NCBI GenBank assembly: GCA_965240325.2
Contig: OZ251227.1
Coordinates: 744,001 to 808,000, forward strand
DNA from: Rebecca billardiae RCC1528
Lineage: Eukaryota > Protista > Haptophyta
Direction of reading: 5' to 3'
DNA: 64,000 nt
Notes under the pieces: model-generated
What the model was told of the DNA's origin: nothing
The model's input: only the letters and a program-made list of their open reading frames with translations
Database searches by the model: none
In this document: one piece after another, positions 36,544 through 48,019 of the stretch
Layout: every line of letters begins with the position of its first letter
Position numbering within the stretch: the stretch's first letter is position 1
Translations under genes and position numbers: made by a program

Positions 36544-37502
36544 TGAGAGACTCAGACTGAGCGAGAGTCGGCCCCGTCAGCGCGAAGCACGCACACAGGG
36601 CTGGTGCGGGGTAGGGGGCGCCCAGGCAGCCCGGCATGCCTGTAATCATATCAGCTATATACCGTATACGGGCGCTATATTTAGACTCGCCAGAGTCTAA
36701 CGCCATCACAGTCACTGAGACGACCGTATTACACTGCAGTGGGCAGCAGGTTTATAGCCGCGTTATTTAGCCAGTAGCCACGACGGGACGGACGACTATC
36801 ACGACTAAGTACGTCTAATAAGCAGGTGCCCCTGACGACTCAGACCTTGAGTCGTGAGTCGTCACTGACTACTACTGATGATGAGTAACTACTGAGTACT
36901 GAGTCTGAGTCAGTGAGTGACACTGACAGGCCCTGCCCCTCGCGAGCACTCCAGGTCAGTCGGTCCCGCCGGTCCGACTCGTGACCCGCCAACGGATGCA
37001 GATGGTGACCCGACGAAGCAGGCGGATCTCGTCGTCGCCCGCGCTTCATGGTCAGAGCCATACGTCAACTCATCAAGCAAGCGTCGGGCGCAGCAGGTCA
37101 CGCGTGACACGCGACCACACTCACTCTTGCTGTCACGTACAGCGCCCAACCCAGACCGGCGGTTGCGCACGCAAGTTCGTTGAGCACGCGATACTCACGA
37201 TCAAGGGCCCCACCGGCAACCGTCTCCTGGGGCACACACGTCCGCTGCTGTTTCCAGAGCCAGTTCGGCGCCTGCACCACGCTGCTCTGCGCCCGCGATG
37301 CTCACCGAGTGCCACAACTGCGCAACACGCGCTGCTCCCGTAAGCGCAGGGCACCAGGTCGCAGCCGAGCTCACCTGCGCACCGGGCGGCGCGCCAGCTA
37401 GTGTCGTCGACGAGCACGTGGCGCCATCACAGCGCGCGCCAACGAACAACCCACACGCCGCTCCCGAGAGCAGCACGCCTGTTGCCCACAACAATCTCCA
37501 GT

Positions 37503-38364
37503 TCACGCGTGTTGCGCACGACGCGCCTGCTGCGGCTGCCGTAACAGGCTCCCTCGCGCGGCGGGCGCCGTCGCGCGCGCCGCGGCCGGCGGGCTGAGCC
37601 CGAGCACGAGCCAGAACCAGCTCACGCCCACGCTGGCGCTGAGCGCGACTGCGCCGAAGTAGCCGCTCGGCGTGCCGTCGTACGCCGCGGTGGCGGCAGC
37701 GGACGCGCCGGCCATCGTGATGCACATCATCGTCATCGCCACGCCCTCCGCGGTGCCTGCGACGTGCTCCCACTCGCTCAGGTAGAGCGCCTTGGCGGGC
37801 GGGTCCCACACGAAGCGCATCGTGTGGAGCACAACGGACGGCAGCGGCACCGCCCACCAGCCGACTGGCGCGCGGCGCGCGGCGGCGAGCGCGGCGAGCG
37901 CGGCGGTGAGCGCGTACGGCACCGTGCCCAGCTGCAGCACATCGAACGCGCGCACGCGCCTGCTCAGCGCGAGCGCGGCCGCGCTCCCGCCGATGCCGGC
38001 GAGGGGGAGGACGGTGAGGACCATCCCCGCGTGCACGGACGAGAGACCGTAGTGAGACATCAGCACCGCCGGCATCAGCGTGATCTGGACCGCCACGGTG
38101 CCCATCGTGAGCGAGACGAACACGCTCAGGCCGACGTACAGCCGCGAGCCAAAGAGCACGCGCACGTCCGCGCAGCGGGCCGGCCGGCGCGCGCCCCGCG
38201 CCTCCTCGCCTTCGCCTTGCGCGGAGGCGGAGGACGTCATCGAGGAGGCGGAGGCGGAGGCGCCTGCAGCTCCCGGCGCGGCCGTCTCGCCGGCAGCGAG
38301 CGAGCCGGCCGGCGGCGGCATGGCCGCGTCGCTCACCGACCGCGAGTCGCTGCGACTCGCCCGC
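37503..38364 (-). pseudogene. C-terminal half of the second MFS paralog, separated by the virus insertion
   Basis: Almost identical to 18431-19292; identity stops exactly at the viral TIR. Confidence 0.92.
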
Positions 38365-38424
38365 GTGTGTGGGGGTATACGGTGCCGCCACCCCACCCCG
38401 CCTCCCCAGCTCTCCTCCGAGCCT
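38365..38424 (+). repeat. Left terminal inverted repeat of the virus
   Basis: GTGTGTGGGGGTATACGGTGCCGCCACCCC...CCGAGCCT matches the reverse complement of 57376-57435 at 59/60 positions. Confidence 0.95.
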
Positions 38425-38449
38425 ACGACTCGTCATCCCCGGTTCTCAG

Positions 38450-38727
38450 TCGAGCCACGCCGAGCCACGCCGAGCCACATCGAGCCACGCCGAGCCGCGT
38501 CGAGCCACATCGAGTATACGGTGCCGCCACCCCACCCCGCCTCCCCAGCTCTCCTCCGAGCCTACGACTCGTCATCCCCGGTTCTCAGTCGAGCCACGTC
38601 GAGCCACGCCGAGCCACGTCGAGCCACGTCGAGCCACGCCGAGCCACGCCGAGCCACGTCGAGCCACGTCGAGCCACGCCGAGCCACGCCGAGCCACGTC
38701 GAGCCGCGTCGAGCCACATCGAGCCAC
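38450..38727 (+). repeat. Left subterminal 10-bp tandem arrays (CGAGCCACGY) with an internal re-duplication of the TIR core
   Basis: About 6 units at 38450-38513, TIR core repeated from 38514, about 14 units at 38589-38727. Confidence 0.9.
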
Positions 38728-38907
38728 GACGCCCGCCACCCATCACCACGTCGAGCCTTCGGTGCCACCACCCCACCACCGCCCCACCGCCACCGCCACC
38801 GCCACCCCGCCGCCGCCGCCCCGCCGCCGCCGCCGCCCGCCACGCCGCCGCCGCGTTTATTTCAGCGCAATATAAAATCTTACGCACGTGTATAATACTG
38901 ACCTATC

Positions 38908-39558
38908 ATGCCTTGGCGTGTGACCTGCGAAGCACGCACCGGAGCGCCCGGCTTTGCCGATGACGAGGAATACGAGTCACGCTGGTTCGTGGACCTCACG
39001 GACGCACTCCGCCACTTGATCCACTTCAGCCCCTCGGAGCGCTGGCACTGCGTCCGCCACGCCACGGTACGCTTCGAATACTCAGGCGGTCGGGCATGCA
39101 AATATAGTGACGGCCTGATTTTCTATGGAAACAGCCTCAGGGACCTCGGTGTGAGCGAGCGCACCTTTGACGACGCGTTCGAGCAGGCGCTCGGCATCAA
39201 GCCGGTCACGCTGGAGCGGAAGAACAACGTGTTTGTCCCCATCGACACGAACGCTTCCTCCGGCCGCCATCGCCTCACGCAAGAGACGATCAAGCAAAAG
39301 TCGAGGCGCTTGCTTCCTCCGGAGGAAGAATTGGAGGCGCACAGAGAGGAGAACATCGAGTGCTCCGAATGCAACCGCGAGGTGCCATTCGAGCTCTTCG
39401 CCTTCCGCCGCCGCCGAGGTGGTAGCGTGACGCGCACGATGAACTGCTACGAGTGCCACCTCGAGCAGGTGCGCATCCGCCGGGCGCGCTTCGTGAGCAA
39501 GGGCGCATCCTCGGCGGAGCGCGACGCGCAAATAAAATCGGCGATTCGCATCGCCTAG
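38908..39558 (+). CDS. Viral hypothetical protein with a C-terminal CxxC...CxxC zinc ribbon
   Basis: CSEC...CYEC; AT-rich upstream TATAAAA/TATAATA; biased codon use. Confidence 0.75.
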   Translation: MPWRVTCEARTGAPGFADDEEYESRWFVDLTDALRHLIHFSPSERWHCVRHATVRFEYSGGRACKYSDGLIFYGNSLRDLGVSERTFDDAFEQALGIKPVTLERKNNVFVPIDTNASSGRHRLTQETIKQKSRRLLPPEEELEAHREENIECSECNREVPFELFAFRRRRGGSVTRTMNCYECHLEQVRIRRARFVSKGASSAERDAQIKSAIRIA

Positions 39559-39602
39559 GAAAAATCGGCGGCGCGCATCGCCTAGGGAAAAATCGGCGCG
39601 CG
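39534..39602. promoter_or_regulatory. ~27-bp tandem repeat upstream of the true PolB start
   Basis: AAAATCGGCG..CGCATCGCCTAGG, 2.5 copies. A regulatory role is inferred from position only. Confidence 0.4.
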
Positions 39603-39753
39603 TTATTCTGGCGCCAAATAAAAATGTCAACCACCATCATAACACAAAATCTTCGCTTGTAGTATGATGAACGTTGATGAGCTCATCCGAAATGCCCGCG
39701 CGCGCCTCAACGAGCGCACCCCTCGCATCGAAATTCCGATCACGAGTCGCCTA

Positions 39754-42700
39754 CAGGGGTCTCAACAATTAGCTGTATCTCTGTTTGTGCCACTGGACAG
39801 GCATGTGAGCACTTGATTGCCTGGCTAGATGTGGTCTAGCACAGCCCACTCCCTGACCATTCTGACGAGTGGGTGGCTGCTTGGCCAGCTCTCCATGCTG
39901 GGCTGTGGTGCCATCCAGAGTGCGCATGTGCAGCAGCCCAGGTGGGTGCAGCGAGGGGTGCGGCAGGCAGCAGTGGGTGGTCAGCTTGAAAATCCATGCA
40001 GGCCAGCCACCAGCAGCTGGGCTGCAGAGCTCTTGGCTGCACCAGCCCCACTCCAGCCCCCTCAAGTCGGGTGGCTGGCCACCCTCGGGGTGTGTCAGCG
40101 GGTGCTGCTGCTGGCCTCCCAGTGCAGGGGAGCTGACCCGACAGGTCCTTGCGCAGGTGGGGGTGCGGGATTGGGCACTGTGCCACAGCAGCTGCATCCC
40201 ATGAGCTCCCCCCCAGGTGGCATGCAGCCCACCCTAGGGGGTACCAGATCCACTGCCAAGCACAATTTAGGCCTGGCCTGTGTGGGCACACGGCCCGCGA
40301 CCAGTGACGACAAGCCTGCGGCAGGATCTGGCCAGCTGCGACAGGCTGTACGCCTGCAGCCGTGTGACCTGCTGGTGTGCCCAACTCCAGCCCACGCGCG
40401 CTGGGGCTGACGCGCTGGGTCGAAACCGTCGTGCACGGGCCGTGGGGGCCGCCTGGGTCAGCCCAGGGGGGCAGGGTGAGCAGTGGCGTGCAGCTCAGTC
40501 AGAATGTGACGTTTAATTGTTGAGACCCCTGTGCCAGTAGAACAAGCCAGGCATGGATAGGCACCATGGCTTTGTGGGTGATCCGCCACCATGTTGGTAG
40601 GACGGAATGCAAGCCTGCTTTCGTGCGAGAAGACCTAGATCTTCTGCAGCACACTGCTTTGTTTTGTTCAAGGATTGCTCTCACGGTTGGTGCGAGAGGG
40701 CTACGGCAGGGGTGATTCTGCCCCTGGGGAGGCAGGGGGCAGGGCCTGGCAGTCGTACAACGCCAAGTTGGGCCCATGAGTCCCTGCAGTGCGCTGATTT
40801 GAGCACGGAAACATCCGCCAGGGCTGGTACAGCCATGCCTGGCAACGCCGCCCGAGTGCGGCTGCCATCGCAGGGGTCCATGCGGCGGCTGACTTTGGCA
40901 GCTCGCTGCTGGCGGCTGGAACTCTCGCGCCCGAATCAAGCTCAAAGTCTCGATTCCGACAGGCGTCGGGTCGGCCTTCCGAAGCAGCTTCCGGGCGTGA
41001 TGCGTTCGCTCGACTCGGAAAGGCGTTTTGCGGGCCCGCCGGATTCGCGGGCAAACGCAAACAGTTTGGCCGGCCGCTACCATGCCACCCCGAAAGGTGG
41101 CCGGTGGGCGGCCACTGGCGGGCGCAACTCGCGCGATGGTGAAGCCCACGCTCATTACGTGCCTGATGGTGGCCAAGCCAGGTGGCAAGAAGAGGAGGCA
41201 CCTTGGTCAGCCCGTGACGGTGCTCACAAGCACCAGCTGGCCCTGGCCAGTACACCCCATATGAGGGGCCAAGGCCATCATCACCTACCTCATGCAGATG
41301 CAGGTGTCCACCCCTAAGATGTTGGCACCAAGTTCGGCTTCACTGCCCTGCAATGCAGGGCGTGGCACAAGAAGCAGGCCTGGCGTGTCGTACGCGACCC
41401 GTGCGGGCCGCCCAGGCCGAACGGCAGCCCCTCTTCCATCGCCTAGCCCGAGCCCAGGTGCTACGTCTGCCCTGCGGCCAGTGGGAGCCAGTGGGGTGGC
41501 CCACGGCTGGCTGTGCAGCGCTATGAGCGGTGCCAGACCAGCTAGATAATGGGCAGGATCGGGCCTGGCGTGTCGTACGCGACCCGTACGGGCCGCCCAG
41601 GCCGAACAGCAGCCCCGGTTTCATCACCTAGCCCGAGCCCAGATGCTACGTCTGCCCTGCGACCAGTGGGCGCCAGTGCGGGTGGCCCACGGCTGGCTGT
41701 GCAGCAGCTATGAGCGGTGCCAAACCAGCTAGATGATGGGCAGGATCGGGCCTGGCGTGTCGTACGCGACCCGTACGGGCCGCCTGGGCCGAACGGCAGC
41801 CCCGGTTTCATCACCTAGCCCGAGCCCAGATGCTACGTCTGCCCTGCTGCCAGTGGGCGCCAGTGGGGTGGCCCACGGCTGGCTGTGCAGCCGCTATGAG
41901 CGGTGCCAGACCAGCGAGGTTGCCGGTCAGATCGAGCTGGGCTGGTCCCTAGTGGCATCTTTCACAGGTCTGGCGTGACATGCGCAGCTGCTCTTGCTCA
42001 TAAGAGCCATTGTTGGGCTCCTGCTGAGCCTGGGTGATGATGTGCAAGTGCATCCGACCCCGCACAGGGGTCTCAACAATTAGCTGTATCTCTGTTTGTG
42101 CCACTGGACAGGCATGTGAGCACTTGATTGCCTGGCTAGATGTGGTCTAGCACAGCCCACTCCCTGACCATTCTGACGAGTGGGTGGCTGCTTGGCCAGC
42201 TCTCCATGCTGGGCTGTGGTGCCATCCAGAGTGCGCATGTGCAGCAGCCCAGGTGGGTGCAGCGATGGGTGCGGCAGGCAGCAGTGGGTGGTCAGCTTGA
42301 AAATCCATGCAGGCCAGCCACCAGCAGCTGGGCTGCAGAGCTCTTGGCTGCACCAGCCCCACTCCAGCCCCCTCAAGTCGGGTGGCTGGCCACCCTCGGG
42401 GTGTGTCAGCGGGTGCTGCTGCTGGCCTCCCAGTGCAGGGGAGCTGACCCGACAGGTCCTTGCGCAGGTGGGGGTGCGGGATTGGGCACTGTGCCACAGC
42501 AGCTGCATCCCATGAGCTCCCCCCCAGGTGGCATGCAGCCCACCCTAGGGGGTACCAGATCCACTGCCAAGCACAATTTAGGCCTGGCCTGTGTGGGCAC
42601 ACGGCCCGCGACCAGTGACGACAAGCCTGCGGCAGGATCTGGCCAGCTGCGACAGGCTGTACGCCTGCAGCCGTGTGACCTGCTGGTGTGCCCAACTCCA

Positions 42701-42842
42701 GCCCACGCGCGCTGGGGCTGACGCGCTGGGTCGAAACCGTCGTGCACGGGCCGTGGGGGCCGCCTGGGTCAGCCCAGGGGGGCAGGGTGAGCAGTGGCGT
42801 GCAGCTCAGTCAGAATGTGACGTTTAATTGTTGAGACCCCTG
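39754..42842. mobile_element. Composite Tc1/mariner-type non-autonomous transposon (3089 bp)
   Basis: 18-bp TIR CAGGGGTCTCAACAATTA; TA TSD at 39752-53 and 42843-44; two direct 778-bp MITE units (39754-40531 and 42065-42842). Confidence 0.92.
41377..41915. repeat. ~186-bp tandem repeat, 3 copies, in the composite's cargo
   Basis: GGCCTGGCGTGTCGTACGCGACCCGT recurs at about 41377, 41562 and 41749. Confidence 0.9.
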
Positions 42843-45800
42843 TAGGCGCTACCGCAGCAGCACGCACGAACTCCATCGCGAGAGCATTCCAGTCTCCGCC
42901 GGGCACCCCCAGCTCGACGCCAGCCACCGGCCTCCGCTCCACCAGCCGCTCGCTCAGCCAATACACGCAGGAGCAGCTCGCGCGCATCCGCCAGTTCCAA
43001 GACGCATTCGAGGGCTTCGGCATGAGTGCCCCGCAAGTCCTCGCAGGTATGATTTATCAAGATCCGTGGAGCGGTAAGCGGCGCAAGATCCCCTCCAACG
43101 GCAGACAGCTCGACGCCCTCGCCGAGCGCGTCGCCAGCAAGATTTCCGGCCCCGCGCCCCGCCGCCGCCGCACGCCCGCCCGCCGCGCGCCCGACTGCGA
43201 CCGCGCTGCGAGCCTCCTCCAGCGCTTCACTCGCTCCCAGCTCGCAAACCGCCTGACTGACGCCCAGCGCACGCAACTGGAGGTCGACCGGAACCTCGCC
43301 ATGCTCTCCACGAGCATGCAGGATCGCTATTTTGAGTTCATCGACCGCAAGCGCTTTATCATGCCGCTCAAGTGGATTCTGCACGAGAATCTTGGACTGC
43401 TCCTGGAGCAGCAGCTCAACTACACGCCGAGCCAGCACCACCTCGGAGCGATTCTCCAGACGATTAATGCGACTATTGACGCCCGCCTGCAGGAGATACC
43501 GTACAGTCGCCTCTCGATGCACATTCGACTCGAATCGATATTCGCGCACGCCAAGGTGACGATTAGCAAATCCACCAAGAACGGAAAGGCCGTCGAGACG
43601 TCCGATTTCACCTGGGAGGCGGATCCCTTTGCAGCAACCATGCACGAGGTCGCTCAGCTCAAGACCCGCGAGGAGATTATGCTCCACGCGCGCGCCTTCA
43701 AGAACCAGAACGACAGGTACAATCCGAGCGCTCTCAACAAGGGGTTCTACGAGTTTGGCGTGGTCACCGCAGGCGCGAAGGAGCTCGACAACTCGACGGC
43801 GCGCCTGGTCATCGACAAGGGCAATCCCGAGGACGTGCAGCAGGTCAAGACCAAGGTCGCTGAGATACTCGCGCTCGTCACCTCCACGAGCAACCCGCAG
43901 TACAGCGCGCGGCGATTTGTGGGCCTCCTCAGCTTCGATGTGGACACCTACCCGATCAATGCCGTCCGACAGCAGGGCTCATCCTACGTCAAGCTCCCGC
44001 AGAAGTTTGGCGGCGGGAGCAAGGGCCTGATCAACCCCGTGAACAAGACCGACAACAAGTGCTTCCTGTGGGCGTCGCTCATGCACTTTGCGAACGCAGA
44101 TGGCGCCAAGAAGCAGGAGCGCACCAGCACGCTCAAGCGCTACGAGTCGATGATCACATGGCCGGAGGAGGTCAAGTTTCCGTTCGACTGCACCGACATC
44201 CCGCGCCTCGAGGAGGTCAACCCCACCCTCACCTGGAACGTCTTCTCGCTCGAGCAAGTCAAGCGCACCTCGGAGGATCATCACGAGCATCCCGAAGACA
44301 CGGACGAGTTCAAGTACCCCATCGTACCGATTCACACGACCACGCCGGAGAAGTACCGCGAGCGCACGCTCATCAACATCCTCGCGTACGAGGACCACTA
44401 CGTCTTCGTCAAGGACCTCGACAAGCTCCTCAGCGAGCGTGCGCACAACTGCGCGCACTGCCCCATCTGCACACGTCGCTTCAGGACCAAGGCAATCCGC
44501 GATCAGCACACGGCGAAGTGCAACGCCAATTGGCGCCACCTCTTCCAGCCGTGGACGCTCGAGGAGATTAAGAGCCAGGCGAGGACACCGCAGGAGCTCA
44601 AGCGCACCGAGACAGACATCACCTACTCGCAGGACACCTCAGTGGTGTGGAAGCCGGTGGTGGCGGTGGCCGACTTTGAGGCGGTCAACACGCAAGTCAA
44701 CGGGGAGACGCATCAGAAGGCGCAATCGGTGAGCCTCAAGTTTGACTTCCAGGACGGTATGGACGCCCCTGACATGGATTGCAGCTTCATGGGTCCGGAT
44801 GCGGGCGTGCGGTTTTTGCATGCGCTGCTCGACGCCACCCCCCAAGATCCGCGACGCGTGCTCGCGCTACAAGGACGACTTTTCAAAGGTCACCGCGGCC
44901 GACCGCGAGCACTTTGAGGCGAGCGAGACGTGCCACTTTTGCGGCGAGGCTGCCTTCGCCTCGAGCGCGGAGATTGCTCGCGCCGAAGCGGAGTACGAGC
45001 TCAAGTCGAAACTCGCGCCGGAGGAAAAGGACGAGTTGAAGCGCGCGCTCGAGGAGGTCCGAGCCAAGCGCAAGGTGCTCGACCACTGCCACTGCACGGG
45101 CCTCTACCGGGGTGCGGCGCACTCGCGGTGCAACCTCAAGCACGGCACACCGAGTCTCATCAGCAGCATACCGGTCTACTTCCACAATATGTCATATGAT
45201 AGCCAGCTCATCATGCAGGCGCTCTCCGACGTGAGCGTTCAGGCGCGCATCAAGGAGCACAAGGTCCGCATGAATGCCATGGTGATCAATTCCGAGCGCT
45301 TCAAGACGCTCGAGATCGGGGCCTTCCGAATCCTCGACTCGATGACGTTCCTGGGTGGAAGCTTGGCGGAATCTCTGAAGAATCTGCCCTCAGAGGACAA
45401 GCACTCACTCCGCCGGGCGGCCAACGAGCACGCCGAGCGCTTCGGCAAGGACCCGGATGCGGTCTTCGAGGCCTTCAAGCACAAACAAGTGTTCCCGTAC
45501 GAGTTCGACTGGCATCAGCACCTCGACGAGCCCATCAGCGCAGACCCTCAGCTCTTCGGCTCCAAGCTCTGTGAAGGCTACGGCAAAACCGACGAGGAGC
45601 TGGAAGAGCGCCTGGAGGCTGAGCAAAAGGAGCTCGAGGAGAGCCTGCCCGAGCGCATGAGCCGCCTGCAGGAGGCGACCGGCATCGTCACGTGGCGTGA
45701 TCTCCACGGTCTGTATCTAAGCGTTGACGTCTGTGGGCTCCAAGATTGCATGCGTGCATTCCGCAAGACCTCGATGACCACGTACGGCCTCGATCCGGCG

Positions 45801-47394
45801 TACAGCATATCAAATTCGCAATTCGCGTGGAAGGCCATGCTCAAGCTCACGGGCGTGAGCCTCGAGAGCATCCCCACGAGCGACCTGTACGAGCACGCCG
45901 AGTCCGGGCTCCGCGGAGGCATGTCGATGGCGCGCAACCGCATCGCGCGCGCGAACCACCCGGATCTTCCCGAATTTGATCCCGCCAAAGAATTCTCCGC
46001 GATCCACGACTTTGACGCCAACGCGCTTTATGCCTCGGTGATGTCGTGGAAGCTGCCGACGGGTGGGTATAAGGATGTAGATACGGAGCGCTTTGATGCC
46101 AACGATCCGCGCTACGGCTGGCTCCCGACGCGACCGAATCAGCCGTGCGAGGAGTGGCAGGGTGACGTGGGGGCGCTCGTGACGGTGGACATCGACTACC
46201 CTGACCGCTTGCACGACCTGCACAGCGACTACCCGCTACTCCCCGAGGTGATGGAGGTGCCCGATGAGATGCTCTCGCCTATGCAGCGGGGTAAGCGCGC
46301 CGTCAAGACCACCAAGCTCATTGCGCATCTTGGATCCCGCAAAAACTACACGCTCAACGTCACGATGCTCAAGTTTGCGCTGGCGCAGGGGCTCATCCTC
46401 ACCAAGGTACACCGCGTCGTCGAGTTCGACCAAAGCCCGTGGCTACGCCCGTGGGTGGATCTCAACACGCGGCTGCGCAAGCAGGGCAAGAACGCCTTCG
46501 AGGAGGGGTATTTCAAGCTCATGGTGAACGCGTGCTTCGGCAAGACGATGGAGCGCATCTACCACCACACGCAAGCGCGATTCATTGACAACCGAGCGGC
46601 ATTCACTCGAGCCATGACGAGCCACCGGGCGCTCACCTACAAGCCGATCGCACCCGAGTTTGCGCTCGTGACGATGAGCAAGCGCGAGTACGTGCGTGAC
46701 AAGCCCATCTTCGTGGGCGCCTCGATCCTCGATTTTTCGAAACTGTGGATGTATACGTTCCTGTATAATGTGGTCTACCCCACCTTCGGTCCGAAGAATG
46801 CCCGCCTCCTCGGGACGGATACCGACTCGCTGATTATGAATTTCCGGGCGCCCTCGCACGAGGCCTATTTGGAGAAAATGCTCAGCATCCGCGACGAATG
46901 GCTGGACATGAGCAAATTTCCGGAGGGGCACCCGCTCTTCACGGACGCCAACCGCAAGACGCCTGGCTTTTTCAAGGACGAGCTCGGCGACAATCTGGCG
47001 GTGGCAGTGGCCTTTGTGCGGGCGAAGACCTACTCGATCAAGACGCTCAAGAGCCTCGAGGACGAGCTTGAGGACGTCCACCGAGCCAAGGGCGCCCCCT
47101 CCCGCTGCGTGCAAAATAGCCTCACGCACGACGACTATGAGACGACGATTTTGGAGAGTTCGAGCGTCAGTGCGCAGTACCACGATTTGCAATATAAAAA
47201 TCACAACATAGTTTTCAGCCGACGCGTGAAGAAGGTGCTCGACTGGGTCGACGATAAGGGCTATCATCTCTCGGCCGAGCGCACGATCGCCCTCAATCAC
47301 TGGCGCATCAAGGCCGGCGCCCTCGCAGCGGCGATGGACTAGCGCGTTTTTCTCGGCTCAATTAATTTTCTCACGCGCTAGTAGTAGTAAACAA

Positions 47395-47913
47395 ATGGCC
47401 CCCTGCGATTTTGACGTGTCCGCTCGCCACGATTGTCGCTGTCGCGATTGCCGCGATTACCGCGATTGCCGTGAGATGCGCACCGAGTTCGAGGCCCTCA
47501 AGGAGCGCGTGGTGGCTCTCGAGCGTGTCGTCGTCGCCAAGCCACCCAAGCCGAGCGCGCGCCCCGGGTCGCTCACGGTAGCATCAATAACCGCCATCGA
47601 GAGTCACTTTGGCGGTATCGAAGTGGTCGACGCCATGTTCTTCAACGAGCACTGCGTCGTGGGTAGGCTCAGCGAGCCCTTCGTGAAGGGTCACACTGTA
47701 CCGCAATCGTTCAAAATTACCCGCAAAATTGTCGCTATCAGCGAGGCGTACGGCGAGCCGGGTCGGGCGCCGATATATCAGTCGGCTACGCCAGCAAGCC
47801 TTCGGGACGTGTTGTGGCCGCGCGCACGTCAGCGAGGCGGAGCTTCGCCAAGCGCGCCAAGCGCGCCTCCCGCGGATCAACCGATGTTCGCAGATTCTGA
47901 TGGTGAGGACTGA
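47395..47913 (+). CDS. Viral hypothetical protein (Cys-rich N-terminus, short coiled coil, acidic tail)
   Basis: ORF follows AT-rich TAAACAAATG directly after polB. Confidence 0.7.
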   Translation: MAPCDFDVSARHDCRCRDCRDYRDCREMRTEFEALKERVVALERVVVAKPPKPSARPGSLTVASITAIESHFGGIEVVDAMFFNEHCVVGRLSEPFVKGHTVPQSFKITRKIVAISEAYGEPGRAPIYQSATPASLRDVLWPRARQRGGASPSAPSAPPADQPMFADSDGED

Positions 47914-48019
47914 CTGGTCTGAGCGCCACGCCATCACACAATTTAGATGGGTCAAAAACACTCGAAGGTGCTCGCTCGGAGCGCTTCCGAGACTTTGGCG
48001 GCATGATACTATTTCGATA

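Larger units (their letters stand above)
39664..47342 (+). pseudogene. polB: Protein-primed family B DNA polymerase (about 1528 aa reconstructed), disrupted by a transposon and a +1 frameshift
   Basis: Removing 39754-42844 puts ATG 39664 in frame with 43022. Motifs: NKTDNKCFLW and DHY (vOTU-like), C2H2-like finger, ExoI ADFEA, EndoVII-like DHCHCTGLYRGAAHSRCN, ExoII FHNMSYD, DANALY, KLMVNACFGK, GTDTDS. Extra C in the run at 44838-44843. Confidence 0.95.

Noticed and set aside
38450-38727. CRISPR-like array
   Set aside because: Contiguous 10-bp units without unique spacers, no cas genes, eukaryotic context.
39754-42842. LTR retrotransposon or TRIM (778-bp direct repeats)
   Set aside because: The repeats lack TG...CA ends, each has its own TIRs, the TSD is TA, and no PBS, PPT or RT is visible.
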